A program made the position numbers and the translations under genes. Of a stretch of 64,000 nt of DNA, positions 54,021 through 64,000 are shown in pieces. Position 1 is the stretch's first letter. Each line of letters begins with the position of its first letter. Under the pieces are notes generated by a model. It did no database searches. It was given only the letters and a program-made list of their open reading frames with translations, and was not told the DNA's origin. Source of the DNA: Octopus vulgaris. Taxonomy: Eukaryota. The stretch spans positions 99,076,001-99,140,000 of the forward strand of contig OX597823.1 in NCBI GenBank assembly GCA_951406725.2, given 5' to 3'.

Positions 54021-55123
54021 TATCTTCCATAACTGTCACTATTCAACAGAAACTTGTTTCTTCTTTTCATTAGGTTTTAAAATGATTCCAGCTATTTTTA
54101 GCTTAGTCTGAAGGGAAGGGCAATACCCATTACCCTTTCCAGGGATCTCTGAGATTGGTAGTAGAGAAAGAGTGAAAATTGTCCTTTGGTGGAGTTTACT
54201 TAATCACAAGCGTTCTGGTCTAAGCTGAATCCGCACTTAAAGAAAACCATGGACCAGGTGGTGGTGTAAAACCAGTCAATGGATTAAGCATACAGCAGGC
54301 TTGAATGCAAAGAGCTGGAACATGTACCAGACGTAATGATCCACCAATAATTAGTATGTATAGCTATGTGGTTAAGTTAGTTTCTGCAACCATGTGGTCT
54401 CAATCTTAGTCTCTCTGCATGGTACCTTGACCAAGTGCCTTCTACTAAAGCTTCTGGCTCACAAATGCTAAGTGAGTGAATTTGATAACATCTTTCATGC
54501 TCTGAGTTCAAATACTGTCAAAGTTAACTATGGCTTTTGTCCTTCCAAAGCCATTAGGATATGTAGCAGTCATGTACTGTAGTAATATATAATGTACTAT
54601 CACAGAAGGTGGTGCATGCTCCAGCACAGCCACAGTGTAAGATTTATATATTTAAACTGAAATTATCTGTATTTGAAACTGTGTGTATTCTATGACTGTT
54701 GCTGAAAAAACTTTGAAGTTGGGGAAAAAAATTCCTTGAACTCTTACAGCAAAAATCTTCAACAAAGGCTTGACTGCTAGGAACAGTTCCATACATGTAA
54801 TCTCTAGCACCATTTTTAAACTGGATTGTGCCTTGATGAAATTCTTTACCGCAATATCAGGAGTTGTAGATATCAACTTGACCCAAATCAAAAACATGTA
54901 CCACCCCAGCAAATTTTTTTATGTTTGGTAGGATATAAAAGGGATTATTCCTTATGAGCTTATAGGGTCAAATAAAATAATACTTCTGAAATCTTAAATC
55001 CATGCCAGTATAGAAAAAAAAAATGTGCAAACATATGATTATTCCCAACAAAAAAAAAAATAAATAAATAAGATCTATGTACAATGGATAAGAAAAGGAG
55101 TAAAAGAATTTCAGTCTACTTAC

Positions 55124-55276
55124 TTTCGGATCATCCGGAGGATCATACTGTACAATCCAATCCACTTCTGGAATGTCCAAACCTCGAGCTGCAACATCGG
55201 TGCACAGCAAAATAGCTTCCTTTGAATTGACAAACTGGAAAAAAGTCTGAGTTCTTTTGTTTTGTTTTTGTTTCCC
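55124..55276 (-). CDS. DDX18: DDX18 exon (motif V)
   Basis: [51 protein letters not shown]. Confidence 0.95.
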
Positions 55277-56682
55277 CTGTATTGAAAACACATAACTTAA
55301 GTCAATAGAAAGAAAAAGAAAAAAAATTCATCAACAAAATATTATTAAGGAGAAAACAAGACTCAAAAATTTAGATATTTTTAATCACCCTTCCAGTGTT
55401 GCTGGTCACCACCTTGTTCATACTGCTTGCCAATTTACTCTTGCTGCCTTTCATCTACACATCCTGGCTTCTCTCTCCTGTTTCACACTGTCCTTTGTCA
55501 CTGTTCTATTCTACTTGTCTGAGAAAGCTGAGTCCCTCTGTCATTCATCCCATAAAAGGGACTTATCACTATCATTGATTTGCTCAACAACAACAGCTAC
55601 TGCCACCACCACCAAAAGAAGTCGGCTAGCAAGTAGAGATACCCCGTACACCCTGTAGAAGTAGTTAGCATTCAGAAGAGGATCCAGCTACGGAAACCAA
55701 GCCAGAAATGACACTCACAAGTGAGATGTGGTTCTCCAGCTCATCTAGATGAACAGCACCACCAAATATGTGTTAATTCCAACAATGGCAACTCACGCAA
55801 CCCATCCCAGCACAGAAAATATACGTAAAATGATGATGATGAAACTATTATGTTAACATCAAATAATGATTACATGGATATGGAGTTTGCTTTTGTTACT
55901 ACATGGTCTTAAGCTCTACCTTACAAGATGGCAAGTGTCTATTGTGGTTTCAGGTTGACCAATAACTGTAAAACTGAAAGACAGAAACTATGAAAGCTTG
56001 CTGTGTGTGTGTGTGTTTGTACATATGAAAAGTACTGCTTATGCACCACACCTTTGAAAAGTATTGTGAAAAAAAACCAGGGATGTTTGTTGTCATCCAC
56101 TGCTAACAGATCTTTCCAAAACTGTATTTTTGAAGATGACTGAAATAAAAATCCATTACATAAGTAAAGGTTAACAACAGGAAGAGCTTCCAGCTGTAAA
56201 ACAGCCTCTACATATTCCTTCAATCCATGCTAGCTTGGAAAAACGGACATAATACAAATAAGTTAGGCATAGGAAACCGTTTTTGAGAAATAAGCCACAT
56301 GAGACATGATTTATCATCATGTGGCTGCACTACTATAAAAAATTTTAGAAGTGCCATTCAGAAAGTCCCACAGGTAGGAATTTGCCCACAACAGCTCTAA
56401 GTTATTATTCAGGATTAGTTTTTGTTTCTTTTAATAGTTTACTCAGAGGAAGAAGAGGAACATCTATGACATATATTAGCAAGGCTTCCAAAAGTGGTGG
56501 TAACAAACTACAGCTGGTTATCCTCAGAGCATATACTCAATCTCAATGCTTACTACATAGCATACCTTTGTCATCTCACATTAGTTCTTTCTACTACTAT
56601 AAAAAATATTGAGTTGTTCAACAAAAGTTTTCACTTTGTAGTTTCAACAAGTCAACATTCAGGTGAAAATTAGTTTACTTAC

Positions 56683-56844
56683 ATGTATTGACATTACAGG
56701 GAGATCAATGTAATTAAACAGATCATGGTGGAATTTTACAGACATACACGAACTGAAAAACACCATTAATTTCTTCTTGCGATTTTTCTTGAGAAATGTG
56801 AAGAGCATAAGAAATCGTTTATCAGTTGGACATACAACATAGCC
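56683..56844 (-). CDS. DDX18: DDX18 exon (motif IV)
   Basis: [54 protein letters not shown]. Confidence 0.95.
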
Positions 56845-56934
56845 CTAAAAATGGAGAAAAGGTATAGAAATAAATGACAAAAATTAAAACAATCATACAT
56901 ATTTCAGTTTCTAAAACCTCAATAAAACACTTCA

Positions 56935-57230
56935 CTTTTCTTTCACTTGTTTCAGTCATTGGACTGCAGCCATACTGGGGCACCATCTTGAAGAGTTCAG
57001 TTGAACAAACTGACCCCAGTACTTGCTTTTTTGCTTTAAAATCTAGTAATTATGTATGTCTCTTTCACCAAGCCACAGAGTTATGGGGCTCTAAACAAAA
57101 CATCAGTTGACAAGCTGTGGGTGGACAAATACAGAGAGAGAGATACACAAATATATACATGATGGACTGTTTTCAGTTTCCTTCTACTAAATTCGCTCAC
57201 AAGATATTGGTCAGCCCAGCACAAGGCATT
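56935..57230 (-). mobile_element. SINE with CR1/L2-type 3' tail
   Basis: Minus strand ggtgccccagtatggctgcagtccaatgactgaaac resembles the 3' ends of the LINEs at 16250 and 18040. Confidence 0.65.
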
Positions 57231-58162
57231 GACTCGTATAACACGACGAATGATTATTCCCATTCAATGTCAGCTGTAGAGCATTCCCTACCTATTCATA
57301 GAATGCACACAGCCATTGGAATGACAGGAAAAGCAAGGATGAACAACCAATCTTTTTTGTATACTGAGGAATACAAGTAACCAATGTGCCCATCCTGTTT
57401 TAAGACAGTAAGGTGTAACATGTGGAAATCTAACTGCCATTTCTAATGGGTTACCTAAGTATACAGAAACCCTTTTAATTTGCTGGTATAAAAACCTTGA
57501 TGTATCTCATACAGCAATGTGTGATATGTATACTTGTGCTTCTTTGTTTGCACACACACACACACACACACACGTGCGAGTGCAAAATAAAGTTATTTTT
57601 CTTTTTTGAGAAACTTCCTCAGGAGTATATAAATACTTATTGAAATTTTTTTTAAATTATGAGAAAGCAAATTTTCAAAATTCTTTCTCGTGCAATAAAG
57701 GATTTGTGAAACCACACCTTGTCATCTACATAGTTCCAACTGTTTCAAGAATATGCAAATTTTCATCAATTGCTAAATAAAGAACAACGCAAAAATAATA
57801 ATTTCTAACATAGGTAAAATGCCTAAAATTTGTAATGTGCAGAGGTTAGTTAGTTAATTAACGTCAGTATTTGACTGGTACTTTATTTTACTGACTTCAG
57901 AAGGTACAAGATCAGAAATGGGGGGAAAGGGAACTACTAATTATAATACATTGACTCAAGTATATGACAGGTACTTTATTTTACTGAAACCGGAATGCTG
58001 AAAAACAAAGCTGACCTCAGGAGGTTTTGAACTCGGGACAAAAAGAGCTGGAAATAACTAGCATAAAGCATTTTTTTTGTCCAACACTAAAGATTTTAAC
58101 CATAAATATTCCTAACAGTTTTTCTTCTCTTTTATTTGAGAAATAAAAAGCGTTATATTTAC

Positions 58163-58302
58163 TTGCTCTAGTCCTTCGACTGTAGCCTGAACACTAGTGT
58201 CATGAACACCAACATAGATAGGTTCCTTTTTGAGGGAAATCCGAGCCAAATCTTCTGTTTTGTTTGTCTGAGTGGCTGAAAACAACATTGTCTGTCTCTT
58301 TT
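58163..58302 (-). CDS. DDX18: DDX18 exon (SAT motif III)
   Basis: [47 protein letters not shown]. Confidence 0.95.
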
Positions 58303-58596
58303 CTGGTGAAGAGGAAAATACAGAAAAACAAGCAAATTTCCGTAAAAACAATAAAATTATTTGTATATATATATATTTATGTAGAACACAACATAAAACA
58401 GAATACCTGAAACATGTAATCATGTAGATGAAAGGATTACAGACGATAATGATGAGAGAACTATTCCTCTAAATCATTGTGTATAGCAGAAGCTGATCAG
58501 GATATAACATTAACAGCCTTCCAGATTTAATCGGCCATATGGTTAGCTAAACAGTATGTATTTATATGGAACATAGTATAAATTAGGATACTTTAA

Positions 58597-58815
58597 CCCT
58601 TTAGTGTTCAGATTATTCTATCAAACATAATGCTTATTGATTCCCATTGATTTGAATTAATCATGCATTATCTCATATCTTCAAGATCTTGATGGTGTAA
58701 TTACTTAATGTAGAATAACATTGTAGGGTAGGTGTGAGAGCCTGGATCTGGTCAGTTTGAACATAAAACAGATTAAATATTTTGGCCGGATATGGCCGGT
58801 TCAAATACTAAAGGG
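58597..58815. mobile_element. piggyBac-type MITE
   Basis: TTAA|ccctttagt ... actaaaggg|TTAA. Confidence 0.85.
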
Positions 58816-59143
58816 TTAAACATGTGTAATATAGATAATTATGTTATCTTTGCGAAAGTCTTAGCTGTGGAGATTGCAGATGGTATGAAAACATTCTATT
58901 GTTCTCTTGGTTGAACAGAAATACAACTGAAAAATCTTCTGTTGAGGATAATTGTCCCTTCAACACAGAAGCTGCAGCTTTAGTCTTCAGCTACTCAGGG
59001 AACCGAATCACTACACAAACAGATAATAAACAATAATTTATATCAACTTCATAAAACAAAGGTTTTATGAAGCTAGAGAGCAAGCAAAATGGAAATAATG
59101 GCTTCAATCTACTGAAGGGCAAGAAAATGAGAAATGTAATTAC

Positions 59144-59258
59144 TTGGCAACACTTTAATGATTTTCTTCATTTCTTCAGCAAAACCAATGTCCAGTATAC
59201 GGTCAGCTTCATCAATAATTAAACATTGGAGATTCTTATACATAAAATTAGATGTGCT
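59144..59258 (-). CDS. DDX18: DDX18 exon (DEAD motif)
   Basis: [38 protein letters not shown]. Confidence 0.95.
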
Positions 59259-61202
59259 CTGAATAAAAGAGGGATAAAAAAATTAATCAAACAAAATTTG
59301 ATACAGAGAAAAAAATTAAACATGGACATTTTTTTTTTTACTCAATATCATTCCACAAAGTGGATTTATAACTGACCCAGGAAGAAAGGATAAGTGCCCA
59401 TGACTCGCAAATTGCAGAGCATCAATATTGTGAGCTATTCTCATGCAAATGCTTGCAACTGAGTAGACACCGATAAAAGCACTGACAGTGGTGCTGGAAA
59501 TTAAACCAGGCAGTGAATTAAGCTTAACCTCCAAAAATAGGTTATTGTCCAATGATCTTCCACAATTACTGCCTTCCCAGTTTAACTTACAAAGCTTGGG
59601 TTGGTCCAAGAATATGGTAGAAGTCACTTGCACATGGTTCTGTGTAACTTAATGAAACCTGGTGTCATGTAAAATAAAATTTCTTAATGCTTTTGTTACC
59701 ACATTTCTTTTGAAATACACAGCCTTAATTATAATTAATTTTTTTTAGTAATGAAGAATTTAGCAAAATACTTGATGTTTGAATTATAGATTAGCAAAAA
59801 AGATTTTCCCTCTCCAAAGAGAGGAAATTTGAATTATAGACAAGGGGTGGACTCAGATGGTTCGGTAACAAGAGTTAACCATACAGCTCAACCTACACCC
59901 AATTAAAATGAGAGATGGCAAACATCACCTTTCTCTTTCCAATTAATTTGAATTTCAAGAATCCATATATTATTAATAGTAATTTCTTATTTAAAGCACT
60001 GGAAATGTTGAAAAGAATTAACACTGAACAAACTATATGTGGCTGCTTGATTTTACTAGAAATGACAGCAAAATCCCGCTTAAATTACATTCTACCATCT
60101 AAAGAAAAGGAGGATATATTAGTTAATGTGGCCATGTGATGGGAAAGTCACACTAGAATGCCTTTGTTCATAAATGAACTTGATCAGCTGATTTGGGGGC
60201 TCAAAAAGAACAATTGAATAAAAATGTTGAAAGACATAAAAGCTGTATATAAACAGTCAGTCATTAGCTATAAAAAATAGTAATTTTTTGACAACATTAA
60301 GGTTTTCCTTGACCATGTTGCTATCATACAGAAATTTTTATGGATCTACTCAAACTTTCCAATAGATTTTAAATATCAACTCTGTGAGTATATGACTACT
60401 AATCTTTCATTCTTACATCGTCTTAGACTATATTACATATTCAGAAACCCTTTACATTATCTCCTAAAATTTAAATGCAGTGGAAACTTTCTATTATAAA
60501 TCAAGGATTATGTTATCAAACAATTACTGCTATTCAAACTAATACGTCCCAAATATTTTTAGAACATTGTTATATCTTCTGTTTAATATTATCAACCAGT
60601 GACTGTCACCCAAAAGGTGACTGTGATCAAGCAACTGCTGCAGTCAACAATTTAAAACACATTCCTGTTCAGGTATTCACTCTCTTGGACATGTTGTTCT
60701 GGGCCAACAGATACAGCATAAAATAATTAGCACCCTTTAGTTTACAGGGCAAAAGGCAACCAACTAGTGTTGATGCCTTGATAAATGCTCATGGTACACT
60801 CTGTAAAGTGGTTAGTGATAGATCAAAAACAGCTGAGGGTTGAGATGACCCTTTATCTACGTCAAGGATATGGTAAATTTTCAGCTGCTGGTGCCAATGC
60901 ACTCAATACACTCTTTTAAATGGCTGGTCATAGGAAGGTTGTCCGGCTGTGGAAACCTAGCCAAAATTAAATACATGAGTGAGATGTGACTTCCTCAACT
61001 GTCAAGGAGACCAGTAAATTCAAATAAGAATTGACACAGGCCATCCAACCAATGCTAGAATGGGAAATGGATGTAATACAATGTAACAAATAGATTGTTT
61101 TGTTCAGATGAAAAAAAAAACACAACGCAAACTAAAACAGCAAGTATAACAAAAGACACACTTATAAATAAACCAAGACAAAAAATCAAAATCAAAGGTT
61201 AC

Positions 61203-61402
61203 CTGAAGATGATCAAGTAAGCGACCTGGAGTAGCAACAACAAAATTGATTCCTTTCACCAATCTTTTAGCCTCATCATCTTTCTTGGTGCCACCCATTA
61301 TTAATCCAAAGGTAAAATGATGATATTCTAACAACTCTTTTAACACTCCATAGATCTGCATGGCTAATTCTCGAGTGGGAGATATAATAATGGCACCGGT
61401 AC
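61203..61402 (-). CDS. DDX18: DEAD-box helicase DDX18/HAS1, internal exon (motifs Ia, Ib); upstream exons lie beyond the window
   Basis: [25 protein letters not shown]...[12 protein letters not shown]; ag/gt bounded. Confidence 0.93.
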
Positions 61403-61724
61403 CTGCAAAAGTTGTCCATAAATCAGAAAATCACAGACTGTGCATATTTGAAATACTAAGGTCAGTGCTTCTTTTACAATGACACATTGTCACAGGATTA
61501 GCCTTCACTATGAGAGCTGTGGTTTATGTATTTTAAAGGATTTTATACTAAGCACCATTACTAAGTATTGCATAAATGATATTGAACATGCCACATATAA
61601 TTAGTCTGTACCAGTGTACCAATAATTAGCTTGATTTGTACTCTGGACAAAATATAGAATTACATCATCTGGATCAAAAGCTTTTTGGCTAATTTTTTTT
61701 AAAGTACACTTTATACAAATTGAT

Positions 61725-61982
61725 TCTGTGCTGGTGACGTAAAAAGCACCACCAAAACGTAGCAGATGCCAGCGCCGCCTGACTGGTGGCCGTGTCGGTG
61801 ACACGTAAAAAGCACCCACTACACTCACGGAGTGGTTGGCGTTAGGAAGGGCATCCACCTGTAGAAACACTGCCAGATCAGACTGGAGCCTGGTTCAGCC
61901 TCCATGGCTTCCCAGACTCCGGTCAAACTGTCCAACCCATGCCAGCATGGAAAAACGGACGCTAAACGATGATGATGATGAT
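61725..61982 (+). mobile_element. RTE 3'-tail fragment
   Basis: Family tail ending (GAT)n. Confidence 0.8.
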
Positions 61983-62284
61983 ATGACTTTATACAACTTG
62001 ATTACAAGATAAACAATTACAAAATTTATTGCATTTATTATGGATGCTTTGGAGATGGTAAATTTAAAAAGTTTAACTATAGGCACACACATGGCTGTGC
62101 TGAGTTTGCACCCAAACCTCATGGTTTCAAGATCAATTTCACTGCATGGTATCTTTGGCAAGTGTCTTCTACTACAACCTTGGATCTATCAAAAGCTTGT
62201 GAGTGGGTTTGGTAGATGGAAACTGAAAGCAGCCCATTGCGTTGTATGTATGAAAGTGGCAGTGTTACTGTCTCCATGCCGATC

Positions 62285-63190
62285 ACATCATCATCGATTA
62301 ACACCCATTTTCCATGCTGGCATGGGTTGGACGTTTTGACTGTGGTTTGGAGAGCCAGTGGCTGCACCAGGCTCCAATCTGATCTGGCAAAGTTTCTACA
62401 GCTGGATGCCCTTCCTAATGCCAACCACTTCAAGGGTGTAGTGGATGCTTTTAACATGCCACCGGCACAGGAACCATTCAAGGGGTACTGGCATTTGTCA
62501 CGATTGGTTGGTGCTTTTTATGTGCCACCAGCACAGGAGCCAGTTGGGCGGACCTGGCATCGACCACATTTGGATAGTGCTTTTTACATGCCACAGGCAC
62601 GGGAGCCAGTCAGGCTAACTTGGCATCAACCACGTTCAGATGGTGCATTTTACATGCCACCAGAATGGGAGCCAGTCAGGGGGTCTGACTCAACAGGTCT
62701 TCTGAAGCACATCATATTACCAGGGATATTCTTAACAGGACCAGACATGCATGGCTGTAATCTCATTTCAGTTTCCAGGACTTCTCAATCACAGCATATC
62801 TCCAAGAGTCCCGGTCACTTGTCATTGCCTCTGTGAGGCCCAATGTTCGATGGTCATGCATCACCACCGCATCCCATGTCTTCTTGGGTCTACCTCTTCC
62901 ACAGGTTCCTTCTACAGTTAGGGAGTGGCTCTTCCTCAAACAGTTGTCTTCGTTCATACATAACACATGGCTATAACAGCGCAGTCACCTCTCTTGCACA
63001 CCACATTTGATGTTTCTTATGTTCAAGCATTTTTCTTAGCAGAATCATTAAACACAAGGGCACCATCATCCATGTGGACACATTTCTCTCCTATGACATC
63101 ACAGTTTTCTCTCACACATTGTCTTGCAATCCGAAATACTTCAGTACTCTGGTCCTCATGTCGCTGAACATTGGCAAACTTCTTTGTCCG
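62285..63190 (-). mobile_element. RTE LINE fragment with internal deletion
   Basis: Tail + GRGRPKKTW region joined near 63050 to the upstream FANVQRHEDQ segment. Confidence 0.8.
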
Positions 63191-64000
63191 GAACCGGACA
63201 AAGAAGGCAGCATTTTTGCCCTAAGCTTCAAAGGGAAATAGTAGTGAGTTACCATTGCAATAAGAAATAAGAGATACAGACAGGAAAGAAAGAAATTACT
63301 TTAGTGAATGTTACAGAATACACATGAGGTCAAAAAACAAAGGAAAGGATTGTTATTTTAGAGGGGGAGATCACAAATTTGAAAGTTATTTGATGAGTTG
63401 AGGTTTACAGTTTAAGAAAGGTCATTTTAAGTGTTATTTTAGAGAAAAGTACAGACATGTAGCCAAGAAACAAAGTTAGTCATTGTAGGATTAGAACAAA
63501 CAAGAAAGAATTATTTTAGAGAATAGATGAGGTTGAATGAATGAGGCAATTGAAAAACAAGAGAGTTTCTTAGCTAAGCTGTGCATCTTTTCAAGAGTCA
63601 TCACTGCCAAACGCATGGAACAGACAAAACCAAACTAACAGAGTGCCATTGTCATGCAGGAGTGTCCTTCATTTCCAATTTTCCATAACATATATCTGGC
63701 CATGGGGAAATATCACCTTACTTAGAAACAGGTGAGGGTTGGCAACAAAGAAGGGCATCAGGTCGTGGAAAGTCTGCCTGAACAAATTCCAGCCAACCAA
63801 TGAGAAGCATGGACACAAGACAATGATGGCAATGGGAGCTAATGGGATTCAGAATTTTCAGTTAAAACCATTTGCCCATTTTACATGTTTTCCCATGACT
63901 GCATAGGTTAGATAATTACATGATTTGAGGAATTATTTTATAGTCAAAAGCCCTTCCTGACACTACCCCTTATCTGTTTTCCAAGTAAGGAATCACTTAT

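Noticed and set aside
62216-62836. 206-aa ORF, and similar ORFs at 2058-2849, 22848-23702 and 35918-36469
   Set aside because: Chance frames across the repeated RTE 3' UTR (recurring [11 protein letters not shown] motif), not genes
63250-63330. Possible upstream DDX18 exon ending AATG|gtaact
   Set aside because: The translation does not resemble the expected GKTLAF...PRN segment

Overview
AT-rich, repeat-dense eukaryotic DNA. The SINE, RTE and microsatellite content suggests a cephalopod, probably Octopus (inference). Three spliced genes can be built by hand. (1) A minus-strand LAMP/CD68-like lysosomal membrane glycoprotein: 5 exons, 334 aa, signal peptide + mucin tandem repeat + one LAMP domain + TM + GYESV tail. 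(2) A plus-strand 59-aa COPS9/CSNAP microprotein, 3 exons, absent from the ORF track. It sits head-to-head with the LAMP gene across a 355-bp intergenic region carrying twin CLEAR-type E-boxes and an ETS site. (3) The 3' eight exons of DDX18/HAS1 on the minus strand, whose last intron has U12 (minor spliceosome) signals. The rest is transposon debris (RTE and CR1/L2-group LINEs, SINEs, two Ty3/gypsy relics, mariner relics, Helitrons, MITEs/foldbacks) plus about 7 kb of alternating purine-pyrimidine microsatellite, which produces the long spurious ORFs. I cannot support a clearly new biological system. The best leads are the shared LAMP/COPS9 promoter, the U12 intron, intronic inverted repeats that could form dsRNA, and LINEs embedded in microsatellite. 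Repeat boundaries are approximate unless termini are quoted.
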